Assembly (NCBI GenBank): GCA_023444045.1 | Contig: JAEZRQ010000001.1 | Span: forward strand, 66,000-129,999 | DNA length: 64,000 bases | Source of the DNA: Candidatus Parcubacteria bacterium | Lineage (GTDB): Bacteria; Patescibacteriota; Patescibacteriia; Patescibacteriales; UBA12465 | Direction: 5' to 3' | Shown here: positions 7,783 to 16,786 of the stretch, piece by piece | Layout: each line of letters begins with the position of its first letter | Numbering within the stretch: position 1 is the first letter of the stretch | Notes under the pieces: model-generated | What the model was told of the DNA's origin: nothing | Seen by the model: the letters and a program-made list of their open reading frames with translations, nothing else | Databases searched by the model: none | Made by a program: the position numbers and the translations under genes

Positions 7783-8247
7783 ATGGAAATAGAAAAAGTG
7801 TATAATTTTCTTCAGGATTGGATGTTTTTTCCGAAAAATCCTGAGTTTATTGACTATGTTATTTTAGGAATAATGATAGTCATTATTTTAGCTATTTTGT
7901 TTTTGTTTATTCAGTTATTAGTATTAATCTTAAAATGGCTGTATAACCTCTTTGATACTATTGGAGTATCTTTAAAAGAGGGGTGTGGCGAAATTACTGA
8001 TAAACAAATAGTTAAGGGTTTTGAAGTATATTCTAGAACAGGACCTATCACCATTGAGGATCAATTTGTTTTACAGATTAAGATTAATGATCAGTATGCT
8101 CTTGCGTGCGTTTATGAAGACTACTTTGTAAATGTGAGAATAAATAACAAAGTAGAGGTGGCATATATTTTAGGGAGGTTATCTAAAAATATTATTATTA
8201 AAAATTTAAATTCTGTAAAAAATGAGAGAACTAGATATAATAAGTGA
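7783..8247 (+). CDS. hypothetical membrane-anchored protein
   Basis: 154-aa ORF with one TM segment (VILGIMIVIILAILFLFIQLLVLIL). A TTGACA box lies about 70 nt upstream. Confidence 0.55.
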   Translation: MEIEKVYNFLQDWMFFPKNPEFIDYVILGIMIVIILAILFLFIQLLVLILKWLYNLFDTIGVSLKEGCGEITDKQIVKGFEVYSRTGPITIEDQFVLQIKINDQYALACVYEDYFVNVRINNKVEVAYILGRLSKNIIIKNLNSVKNERTRYNK

Positions 8248-8542
8248 GGAGCTCCTGCTTTTATGTAAAATGGCAAAAGTTAATTCTCCGAAGAAATTGA
8301 TAGACAAGACTGTAACTATTACTTATCAAATTACAAGTAGATATGATGTTACAAAAGTCCTTGTATTTGCTAAAATAGCACAAATTACTTATTTTAACGA
8401 TCATAGAAAAGGTTTTTTGTCTATTTACTTTTATCCAAACATGGAAACAAGACTTTACCCTTTTTATGAAAAAGAAAAATTGGGTTTTGCTTATGAGGAA
8501 TCCAAAAAATCACATTTTGGAGTTAAAATTAATTTTTGGTAA
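8222..8542 (+). CDS. hypothetical protein
   Basis: 106-aa ORF overlapping the upstream gene by 26 nt. No family recognised. Confidence 0.45.
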   Translation: MRELDIISEELLLLCKMAKVNSPKKLIDKTVTITYQITSRYDVTKVLVFAKIAQITYFNDHRKGFLSIYFYPNMETRLYPFYEKEKLGFAYEESKKSHFGVKINFW

Positions 8543-8600
8543 AAAATAATAAAAACAAAAAGTCAGTAACATAAAAAAGGGGAGCAGAGTCAAAGTGACG

Positions 8601-8724
8601 ATGGAATCCCTTAAAAATTGGTGAAGAATATACGGTTGCTAAGGTGAACGAACTATCTTGGACAACCGACATATACTTAGAAGAGGTTCCTGATATAAGA
8701 TTTAATTCAGTGAACTTCGTATAA
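8601..8724 (+). pseudogene. possible frameshifted mini-gene (about 40 aa if repaired)
   Basis: A GGGGAG SD-like box (8579-8584) precedes the ATG at 8601. That frame stops after 7 codons. Removing one A from the A5 run (8612-8616) would give MESLKIGEEYTVAKVNELSWTTDIYLEEVPDIRFNSVNFV, ending at the TAA at 8722-8724, just before the terminator at 8731. Confidence 0.25.
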
Positions 8725-8730
8725 TGGAGT

Positions 8731-8762
8731 AAGACTGCATATAACCAAAGCAGTCTTTTTTA
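8731..8762 (+). terminator. intrinsic terminator
   Basis: AAGACTGC (8731-8738) / GCAGTCTT (8750-8757), then a T-run. Confidence 0.75.
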
Positions 8763-8813
8763 TTAATCAAAAAATGCTATAATTATTTAACTGTTAATTA
8801 AACAATTTAAACT

Positions 8814-9380
8814 ATGAAAATATTAGTAATTTATGCGCACCCTACTGGGGTTGGCCATCACGCTTATTTTTTAGAGAAGTTTACAGAGAAATTAAAGCAA
8901 AAAGAATGTTCTTATGAGGTTTTGGACCTTTATCAAATGAATTTTAATCCAATACTAACAAAAACGGATATTGATGGCACCCCCGATAACCAAGTTCTAG
9001 AATTTAAAGAAAAAGTTAGTGAGAGCGATCGCTTGGTTTTTATTTTCCCAACCTGGTGGCAAGGAATGCCAGCTATCATGAAAGGTTTTTTTGACCGCGT
9101 CTTTTCAGCTGGTTTTGCTTTTAAATATCAAAATGGACTGCCTATTGCTCTGTTAAAAAGTAAAAGAGCGATTGTTTTTTCTGCTACTGGTGGGCCAAAA
9201 ATAATTAATGATTTTATTTTAAGGCGCAAAGGAATGCGGGTGGTTGTTGGTGATATTCTAAAGTTTTGTGGAGTTTGCGCTAAAGGTTTTTCTATCGGTT
9301 CCGCTAGAAAATTAACTGAAAAAAATAAAATAAAAATTGATTCTTTAGTTGTTAAGGCTTATGAATACCTTGTTAAATAA
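8814..9380 (+). CDS. flavodoxin-like-fold NAD(P)H dehydrogenase (quinone) family protein
   Basis: MKILVIYAHP at the N-terminus and FPTWWQGMPAIMKGFFDRVF are typical of the Flavodoxin_2/NQO-type family. Confidence 0.7.
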   Translation: MKILVIYAHPTGVGHHAYFLEKFTEKLKQKECSYEVLDLYQMNFNPILTKTDIDGTPDNQVLEFKEKVSESDRLVFIFPTWWQGMPAIMKGFFDRVFSAGFAFKYQNGLPIALLKSKRAIVFSATGGPKIINDFILRRKGMRVVVGDILKFCGVCAKGFSIGSARKLTEKNKIKIDSLVVKAYEYLVK

Positions 9381-10458
9381 AATAAAGATATTTTTTCTCC
9401 TTTTGATTGTCTTGCCAGTTGGTGTTTTTGCAGCCAGTGGTAATACTGCTGAGGCAGAAATACTTAAGATAGTAGAACAAAGAGAGATAACCAGAGAAAA
9501 TGGTGCCAAAGTTATCCAGCAAAACCTAGAACTAGGAATACTTGATGGAATATTTAAAGGGCAGACAAAAATATATCAAGGTATATCTGATTTAGATGTT
9601 CTCTCATCTAAAGAATATAAAACTGGCGACCGGGTTATTGTAAGTTACAGTCGAAATGAGTCTGGTGAATATAGTTTTTATGTTACTGATTATGTTAGAT
9701 TGCGGTCACTTACTTGGTTATTATTTCTTTTTGTTGTGGTTATAGTTTTGGTCGGTGGCCGAAAAGCCTTGATGGCTCTTCTGTCTTTAGGGCTCAGTTT
9801 TTTTATTATCTTAAAGATACTGGTTCCCTTAGTTTTTGCTGGTTATAACCCTCTAATGGTTGGTCTATTTATCTCTTTTCTAATTCTATTTGTTTTAATT
9901 TATTTAACAGAAGGTTGGAACAGGAAAGCACACATCTCAATTGTTAGCATTGCTTTTTCTCTACTAGTAACTGCTGTTTTGGCTCTTATTTTCGCCTATT
10001 TTAGCCGCTTATCCGGCACATCTCAGGAGGAAGTTATTTTTTTAATTGATGCGATTAAACAGCCAGTAAACTTTTCGCATTTATTATTAGCAGCGATAGT
10101 TATCGGTACGCTAGGTGTTTTAGATGATGTGGTTGTTGGTCAAGTTGAGACAGTTTCACAGATTAAAAAAGCTAATCCAAATTTAAAAGATAAAGAGGTT
10201 TTTAAAATGGCGATGTCGGTTGGCCGAGCCCATTTAGGGGCAATTATTAATACCCTATTCTTAGCTTATGTCGGCGCCTCTTTGCCACTCATTCTGTTGT
10301 TTAATCTGCAACAAGAACCATTTTTAACCTTTTCACAAACTCTAAATCATGAAGATATTGCCACTGAGATTGTCCGTACTCTGGTGGGTGTAGTGGGTCT
10401 TTGCTTATCAGCGCCAATTGCCACCATTTTAGCCTCTAAGTACTTAAAAAATAAATAG
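9349..10458 (+). CDS. YibE/F family membrane protein
   Basis: Polytopic protein with LGVLDDVVVGQVETVSQIKKANPNL and GRAHLGAIINTLFLAYVGASLPL, which match the YibE/F signature. The start could instead be the ATG at 9361. Confidence 0.7.
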   Translation: MLRLMNTLLNKIKIFFLLLIVLPVGVFAASGNTAEAEILKIVEQREITRENGAKVIQQNLELGILDGIFKGQTKIYQGISDLDVLSSKEYKTGDRVIVSYSRNESGEYSFYVTDYVRLRSLTWLLFLFVVVIVLVGGRKALMALLSLGLSFFIILKILVPLVFAGYNPLMVGLFISFLILFVLIYLTEGWNRKAHISIVSIAFSLLVTAVLALIFAYFSRLSGTSQEEVIFLIDAIKQPVNFSHLLLAAIVIGTLGVLDDVVVGQVETVSQIKKANPNLKDKEVFKMAMSVGRAHLGAIINTLFLAYVGASLPLILLFNLQQEPFLTFSQTLNHEDIATEIVRTLVGVVGLCLSAPIATILASKYLKNK

Positions 10459-10481
10459 TATTTTTGTGGTATAATAATAAT

Positions 10482-11174
10482 ATGAAGAGAAAACACCGCA
10501 AAATAAAGCTTGGTTTTTTGTTGTTACTTATTGTTGATATTGTTTTTATTATTGTTTCTCCTTTTTTGGTAATTAGCTTTTTTGGCTTTTCTGAGGACTT
10601 ATCAGAATCAATAGTTATTCTCTTTCTGTTTTTGTTGTTTGGCTTATTTTTTTGGTTTTATAGCAAAGAAATTAATGCTTACAAAAAAAAGCAAGCGGAG
10701 CTAGAAGAAAGATTAAAAGAAACCTTTAAATATATTGGATCAATTAATTTGCAACTTGAAGAAATGAAAAAAGTTTTTCAAGCAGTTGATCGTTATCCAG
10801 AGAGTAAAAAAGATGTTCAGACCTTATTTGTTCATACAGCCGAAAGAATTTTAAGTATTATTAACACTGACTGGGTTACTTTAAGAATTATTGATATTAA
10901 GACCGGCAACAACCTCCATGAGTATTTTGTTTCTAGGGGAAACAGAAAAGTTGAAAAAATTAAGATTGAGAATAAAGTTTTGTTAAACGGGGTTTGTTCT
11001 TTTGGTTCTTGTTCAATCATAAAATCTAATCAAGAAAATCTTAATATCAAGGCTTTTTGTATTTTACCGAGCGCCCCAGAAAACAAAAATCAAGAGTTTT
11101 TAATTAATTCAATTGTTAGTCAATTAGAAATGCTTTTTATTATTTTTAACTCCCTTTATTATAAGAAAGGGTAA
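10482..11174 (+). CDS. hypothetical membrane protein with a coiled-coil segment
   Basis: I prefer the ATG at 10482 (MKRKHRK); the track starts at a TTG at 10464. TGGTATAAT (10467-10475) sits immediately upstream. There are two N-terminal TM segments. Confidence 0.55.
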   Translation: MKRKHRKIKLGFLLLLIVDIVFIIVSPFLVISFFGFSEDLSESIVILFLFLLFGLFFWFYSKEINAYKKKQAELEERLKETFKYIGSINLQLEEMKKVFQAVDRYPESKKDVQTLFVHTAERILSIINTDWVTLRIIDIKTGNNLHEYFVSRGNRKVEKIKIENKVLLNGVCSFGSCSIIKSNQENLNIKAFCILPSAPENKNQEFLINSIVSQLEMLFIIFNSLYYKKG

Positions 11175-11191
11175 TATTAACTTTTAAAAAT

Positions 11192-11461
11192 ATGAATTGT
11201 AAAAAAACAAAGAAAGAAGAGACCATTAATGTTGATCAATTCAAAGTTTATGGCCACGAATTACTTGGTAAAGTAAAAGACCTTATCAAAAAAGGTAACA
11301 TTCAGAGAGTGATTATTAAAAATGAAAAAGGAAAAGTAATGATGGAAATCCCGGTTACTTTTGCAGCTGTTGGTGCGGTTGTTGCTCCAATTTTAGCGGC
11401 TGTTGGTGCTTTAGCGGCTCTAGTAAACAAATGCACTATTGAGGTTATTAAAAAGAAATAA
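11192..11461 (+). CDS. DUF4342-like small protein
   Basis: 89 aa with IIKNEKGKVMMEIPVTFAAVGAVVAPILAAVGALAALV, which resembles DUF4342 from memory. Confidence 0.5.
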   Translation: MNCKKTKKEETINVDQFKVYGHELLGKVKDLIKKGNIQRVIIKNEKGKVMMEIPVTFAAVGAVVAPILAAVGALAALVNKCTIEVIKKK

Positions 11462-11477
11462 AACTCCAATATAAAAA

Positions 11478-11506
11478 AGACCCAGCAGTTAGCCGGGTCT
11501 TTTTTA
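11478..11506. terminator. bidirectional terminator between convergent genes
   Basis: AGACCC / GGGTCT stem flanked by an A-run and a T-run. Confidence 0.6.
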
Positions 11507-12871
11507 TTTAATTAAGTTTAAAACCTCATCTCTTTTTTCTTTCATTAAATCGTCACTTATTGCCTCTAAGTTAAGGCGCATTTTATTCTCGGTATTTGAG
11601 CCTCTGACATTAAACCAGTAATTAGAATACTCAACACTAATTCCATCTAGTAGGCTGATTTTAGCATCAGCATATTTTTCTTTAATAAGATTAATAACCG
11701 CCTCCTTGTCAGCAACTTCACGATTAATTTCACCGGAAGCAAAATATTTTTTAAAAGGCTTTAAGTAGTCAGAAATTTTTTGTCCGCAATTAGAAAATTC
11801 TTCCAAAATTTTACCAATAATTATATTGGGCATTTCAAAACAACCAATTGGTAGGTTAAGAAAAAAGTGTCCTGATGATTCTCCAGCAAAATAAATATTT
11901 TCTTTAATCATCTGCTCTTTAATTAATGAGTGTCCAACCCTAGTTAGCACCGGGGTTCCACCGCTTTCTATGATTAAATCAGAAGTTATTTTTCCAGGGC
12001 GAACATCATAAGCAACTTTTATTCCGGGAACGTCTTTTAAAAATGTTCTAGCTAACAACCCTCTAATAATTGCCGGTTCAATAGTTTTTCCCTCATCATC
12101 AACAAAGAAAACCCGGTCGCCATCACCATCAATTGCAATTCCTAAATCAGCTTTTTTTTCTAAAACTGTTTTTTGCAGTTCAGTTAAATTTTCCTCTTTT
12201 AGTGGGTCAGCTTCATGAGCCGGGAATGATCCGTCAAACTCAAAATTTAAAGGAAACAGGGTTATTGGTAACCCTTTAAAAAACTCAAAAAGATATTGAG
12301 CCCCCATACCGTTTGCCGTATCGGCTACTATTTTTAATGGTTTAATATTTTCTTTAGAAAAATATTTTAAGTCATGAGTTAATTGATCTTTAGTTAAATC
12401 ATTTTTAGGGGTAACACTGCCCTTTTCAGAGTTGGTTGTTAAATTATTATTTAAAATGGCGTCTCTAATGAAACCAAGGCCACTATCACCACTAACCGGC
12501 ACACTTTTACTTCTAACAATTTTAAAACCGTTCCACTCGCCAGGGTTATGAGAAGCAGAAATCATAATTCCGCCATCTAGGTTGTAATAAGACACCCCAA
12601 AATAAAAAGCTGGTGTAGAGTTTAGACCAAAATCAACCACATCCGCTCCAGCATCTACTAGTCCTTTAATAACTTGTTCCTTTAGGGCTGGAGAAGATAG
12701 GCGCATATCACAAGCTACCCCAATTTTCATCTTATTATCAGCAAGATAATCAGCATCGCTTTTTCTTAGAGTAACATAAGCTAGAGCGATTTGATAAGCG
12801 GTTTCATCATCAAAATCTTTTCCGTAAACACCACGAATATCATAAGCTTTAAAAATGGCTGGGTTAAACAT
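11504..12871 (-). CDS. phosphohexomutase (phosphomannomutase/phosphoglucomutase type)
   Basis: Active-site loop GIMISASHNPGEWNGFK, metal loop DGDGDR, and GESSGH. Confidence 0.85.
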   Translation of the reverse strand: MFNPAIFKAYDIRGVYGKDFDDETAYQIALAYVTLRKSDADYLADNKMKIGVACDMRLSSPALKEQVIKGLVDAGADVVDFGLNSTPAFYFGVSYYNLDGGIMISASHNPGEWNGFKIVRSKSVPVSGDSGLGFIRDAILNNNLTTNSEKGSVTPKNDLTKDQLTHDLKYFSKENIKPLKIVADTANGMGAQYLFEFFKGLPITLFPLNFEFDGSFPAHEADPLKEENLTELQKTVLEKKADLGIAIDGDGDRVFFVDDEGKTIEPAIIRGLLARTFLKDVPGIKVAYDVRPGKITSDLIIESGGTPVLTRVGHSLIKEQMIKENIYFAGESSGHFFLNLPIGCFEMPNIIIGKILEEFSNCGQKISDYLKPFKKYFASGEINREVADKEAVINLIKEKYADAKISLLDGISVEYSNYWFNVRGSNTENKMRLNLEAISDDLMKEKRDEVLNLIK

Positions 12872-13991
12872 AGAAAGATTTTTTACTTTTTGAAATTAAG
12901 GCACCGGAGCCAATAATAATAGCAAGAGTAATAGTTAGAGGAGATAGTAGTGGAATAACAGATAATATAGAAAGAATAGTTAGCCCAAGAACTAAAGACA
13001 AAAAGGCATTAAAAGGTTTCTTGATAATTTTTTTAAGTAAAATATCGCCAATAGCGAAAGCACTAAAGATAATAGCGAAAATGGAAATTAATACATAAAG
13101 CATGAGTAGTATTATAGCTAGCGGTAAACCAATTAAAGTAATAGCAAAGAAAATAATAACTATTGGCGTTAGAAGTAAGAAGGCTAAGCCAAATAAAGCG
13201 GACTTTCCAAAATTATCATTTATTTCTTTACTAATAGAGTCAAATATTTTCTTTTTTAAACTAAAGATAATAAGGCCAATTAAGAGTAGAGAAAAAATCC
13301 GATAAATAATTTTAGAGGTGATATCAATAGCCGATGTTTTGTGGGCCTCTGTTTTTTTGTAGTTTATTGATCCTAAAACTGAGGAAGGGCTTTCAATAAT
13401 AATCTCCTGGGCTGAAGAGTAGTTAAGATCGCCATTAATAACCGCCTCTTTCCCCAAAAGAATTCCACCACTAGAAGAGTTGGTTATTTTTAAATCAACA
13501 TTTTGTCCAACCTTGCCGTCTATTTTTAATGAATCAAGCTGACCATGTAAATTACCATTAATACTGCCACTAACATTGGCATTTACACCAGCGATTAAAA
13601 CATCAAGTCCAACTAGAGAATCTTTTTCTAAAAATATTTCGGAGGCAAAGACATTTACATTACGGCCAACTCGGCCATTTATTTTTGTGGTAGTCCCTGC
13701 TGTTCTCACACTGCCAGTTACTTCACCAGAGATATTAACATCTTCACCAAAAGCAATTAAATCGCCATTAATCTTGCCACTGATATTAATCTTTTGACAC
13801 AAGGCAATAACATCGCCGTTAACCGTGCCCTCAATTTCCATCTGGCTGCAGCTAGCATAAACGTTACCCTCAGCCACTTCTTCGGCAGATAACTTAATAG
13901 AATCATCAACCCTTACCTCAAAAGCTGAGGTTTTGGGGACAAAGAAGGTAAAAGATAATAATAAAATTGGTAGAATGATTAATTTCTTCAT
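12864..13991 (-). CDS. secreted beta-helical-repeat (bactofilin/DUF583-like) protein with a C-terminal multi-TM anchor
   Basis: Signal peptide MKKLIILPILLLSFTFFVPKTSA. Repeated xxINGxV/I motifs. About 4 C-terminal TM segments. Overlaps the mutase gene by 8 nt. Confidence 0.55.
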   Translation of the reverse strand: MKKLIILPILLLSFTFFVPKTSAFEVRVDDSIKLSAEEVAEGNVYASCSQMEIEGTVNGDVIALCQKINISGKINGDLIAFGEDVNISGEVTGSVRTAGTTTKINGRVGRNVNVFASEIFLEKDSLVGLDVLIAGVNANVSGSINGNLHGQLDSLKIDGKVGQNVDLKITNSSSGGILLGKEAVINGDLNYSSAQEIIIESPSSVLGSINYKKTEAHKTSAIDITSKIIYRIFSLLLIGLIIFSLKKKIFDSISKEINDNFGKSALFGLAFLLLTPIVIIFFAITLIGLPLAIILLMLYVLISIFAIIFSAFAIGDILLKKIIKKPFNAFLSLVLGLTILSILSVIPLLSPLTITLAIIIGSGALISKSKKSFYV

Positions 13992-14057
13992 AGTTGTTAA
14001 TTTAGAAAAATTAGTATAATCTTATAATAATAAACACTTTGATTATAACCTAAAGAC

Positions 14058-15707
14058 ATGAGAGAAGCAATAATAGATTTAATTAAAAATTGGCATAATT
14101 ACGTGAAAACACGTGATGATTTAGCGGAGGCTAAGAGAGAAATTTCTAAGAAATATAAAATAGACTCTCTTTTAAACTCGCAGATTTTGGAGGTTTATCG
14201 TGAGCTGATAAGAACAGATAAACTGCCAAAAGGATTTAATAAAGATCTTTGGGATTCTTTGTTAAGAAAAAGGGCAATTAGAACCCTATCTGGCATCGCT
14301 CCAGTGGCGGTTTTAACTAAACCATATCCCTGTCCAGGAAACTGCGCTTATTGCCCCAACATCCCTAATATGCCAGTCTCTTATCTACCAAATGAGCCGG
14401 CAGTGATGCGAGCAATGCGCTGTGACTTTGACCCTTATAAACAAACAGTCCTGCGTTTAAATTCTTTAGAAAATAATGGCCACCAGCCGAATAAAATTGA
14501 AATTATTGTCATTGGCGGTACCTGGAGTTATCTTCCTGATAGATATCAATATTGGTATATCTTAAATTGTTTTCGGGCGGCTAATGATTTTAGTCGGCTT
14601 AATAAAAAAATTGGTTCTTTTGTGGAATATGATGACAAGGCCCAGATTTTAAAATCAGTTATTTCCAAAGTTAAGTCACCGTACCCTAAATCGATGTCAC
14701 TTTCTAATCTTAAAAGCGCCTTGAAATTAGAGCAGAAAAGAAATGAAACCGCTGAATATAAAATTATTGGTTTAACTCTAGAAACTCGCCCAGATTATCT
14801 TAACGAGAAAGAATTAAGACAAATGAGAGAACTTGGTTGTACTCGGGTAGAGATTGGAGTTCAGGCACCAGACGATGAAATCTTAAAATTAAACAAACGG
14901 GGTCACAATGTAGCGGAAATTGCCAGAGCCACCAAAGAGTTGCGTGATTTTGGTTTTAAAATTACCTACCACATTATGCCCGCTCTTCCCGGATCTAATC
15001 CTAAAAAAGATTCAGTGATGTATAAAATGTTGTTTACTGACGAAAGATTTCAACCGGACCAAATTAAATTTTACCCCACCGTCGTTACTGAAGGTAGTTT
15101 ATTATTTCAGTGGTGGAAGGCTGGTAAATATAGACCTTATACAGACGAAGAGTTACAAGAGTTGATTGTGGATTGTAAAAATTTTACGCCTCAATATGTA
15201 CGAATTATTAGGCTGATTCGTGATATTCCCGGTGAATCAATTTTAGCGGGTAATAAAATTACCAATCTACGACAAATTATGCAGCAACGTGGTGTTAAAT
15301 GTAATTGTATTAGATGCCGTGAATCTAAAGAAACTGCCTACGTGAAAGATTTTAAGATAAATATTAGAAAGTATGCGGCCGGTGATGGTATTGAGTATTT
15401 CATTAGCGCTGACAGTCAAGATGATAAAACTTTATACGGTTTCTGTCGCTTAAGAATTACCTCAGGTAGTCTAGTTGCTCCAGCTCTAATTAGAGAGTTA
15501 CATGTTTATGGTGAACTAGTGCCAGTTGGTGGACAGCAAAAAACACAGCATCGCGGTTTAGGCAAAATACTACTTTCTGAGGCCGAGAGAATTATTAAAG
15601 AAGCTGATGTTTCTAAAATAGCAATTATCTCCGGAGTTGGTGTTAGGGGCTATTACCGTAAGATGGGTTATAAGTTGAAAGATAATTATATGGTTAAGGC
15701 GCTTTAA
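14058..15707 (+). CDS. elp3: Elp3-type radical-SAM / GNAT acetyltransferase (tRNA U34 modification family)
   Basis: 549 aa. Radical-SAM cluster motif CPGNCAYCP. C-terminal GNAT motif QHRGLGKILLSEAERI. The overall layout is as in archaeal/eukaryotic Elp3. Confidence 0.8.
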   Translation: MREAIIDLIKNWHNYVKTRDDLAEAKREISKKYKIDSLLNSQILEVYRELIRTDKLPKGFNKDLWDSLLRKRAIRTLSGIAPVAVLTKPYPCPGNCAYCPNIPNMPVSYLPNEPAVMRAMRCDFDPYKQTVLRLNSLENNGHQPNKIEIIVIGGTWSYLPDRYQYWYILNCFRAANDFSRLNKKIGSFVEYDDKAQILKSVISKVKSPYPKSMSLSNLKSALKLEQKRNETAEYKIIGLTLETRPDYLNEKELRQMRELGCTRVEIGVQAPDDEILKLNKRGHNVAEIARATKELRDFGFKITYHIMPALPGSNPKKDSVMYKMLFTDERFQPDQIKFYPTVVTEGSLLFQWWKAGKYRPYTDEELQELIVDCKNFTPQYVRIIRLIRDIPGESILAGNKITNLRQIMQQRGVKCNCIRCRESKETAYVKDFKINIRKYAAGDGIEYFISADSQDDKTLYGFCRLRITSGSLVAPALIRELHVYGELVPVGGQQKTQHRGLGKILLSEAERIIKEADVSKIAIISGVGVRGYYRKMGYKLKDNYMVKAL

Positions 15708-15741
15708 TGGTATAATTAAAATGAAATGAATAAAATAATAT

Positions 15742-16500
15742 ATGTTAAATAAATTTTTAAAAGATATTGGATTAAATAACAAAGAGGCAAATATTTATTT
15801 GGAGCTTCTACGTTTAGATTATTCATCGGTATTAGATCTATCAAAAAAAACTGGAATTCTAAGAACCTCAATTTATCCTATTTTAAATTCTTTAATAGAA
15901 AAAGGGCTCGTCTCAGAGAATAAAATTGGAAAAAAAGTTTTTTTTCAAGCAGAAACACCAGAAAGAATTAGGACTTTTATAGAGGCTCAAAAAATAAAAT
16001 TAGAAGAACAAAAAAAACTAGCAGATGACTTTATTCCTCAACTAAAAAGCTTATCAAGGCAAACAGGTGAAAAGCCGATTATAAAGATTTATGAAGGTCG
16101 TGAAGGAATTTTTAAGGCTAATGAAGAGTCTTTTGGTCATGAAAAAATTAATGCCGGAGAAACAACCTATTCAATTTATCCTTATGATATTTTAGAAAAC
16201 TTTTTTTCGGAACAAGAAATAAAAAAATCTAGAAACCAAAGAGTTGGTCGTAATATTAAATCAGAGGCCATATATACTTATTCTAAAGGAGAAAGAACGC
16301 CAAGTGAAAACTCTATTCGTTTAAGAATTGATGGTAATAAGTATCCTCTAAGTTGTGACATTAATATTTTTAAAGACATTGTTAGGGTAATTACTCTTGG
16401 AAAATCACTTTCTTCAATGGTTATTAAGAGCCAAGATTTTGCCGATACCCTCAAGTCTCTTTTTAAGGCTGCTTTTGATAATCAAAAAAAAGATAAATAA
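15742..16500 (+). CDS. TrmB-family transcriptional regulator
   Basis: N-terminal wHTH LGLNNKEANIYLELLRLDYSSVLDLSKKTGILRTSIYPILNSLIEKGLV. Confidence 0.7.
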   Translation: MLNKFLKDIGLNNKEANIYLELLRLDYSSVLDLSKKTGILRTSIYPILNSLIEKGLVSENKIGKKVFFQAETPERIRTFIEAQKIKLEEQKKLADDFIPQLKSLSRQTGEKPIIKIYEGREGIFKANEESFGHEKINAGETTYSIYPYDILENFFSEQEIKKSRNQRVGRNIKSEAIYTYSKGERTPSENSIRLRIDGNKYPLSCDINIFKDIVRVITLGKSLSSMVIKSQDFADTLKSLFKAAFDNQKKDK

Positions 16501-16549
16501 AAAAGAGGGGCTGTCTTCTGACGCCCCTCATTTAAAACAATTTTTCCTT

Positions 16550-16571
16550 GCCCAATAGTGGGCTTTTTTTA
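16550..16571 (+). terminator. intrinsic terminator
   Basis: GCCCA (16550-16554) / TGGGC (16559-16563), then T7. Confidence 0.7.
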
Positions 16572-16786
16572 TTTTTTCTCAGCTGTTTTTCTTTTTTCCT
16601 GTTCTTTGCCCTGCTGAGTTAGGGGCTCTCTTCTTAATCGACCATTTTTTTTGTTTTTAATTTTTAAACAATAATACCTATCTAACTCTTTGGAGACAAT
16701 ATACCCACTTAGGGTGAGGGCGGCGCTGCTACAGTGCCACTCCCTCATTAACCTTTAGTCGTGCATATTCCCTCCGTATTTAAATT

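Noticed and set aside
15570-15782. 70-aa minus-strand ORF bridging the end of elp3 and the start of the TrmB-like gene. The same applies to 19652-19870(-), 25832-26068(+) and 1191-1232 (the TTG-extended start).
   Set aside because: These overlap well-supported genes on the other strand or in another frame, and they have no independent signals.
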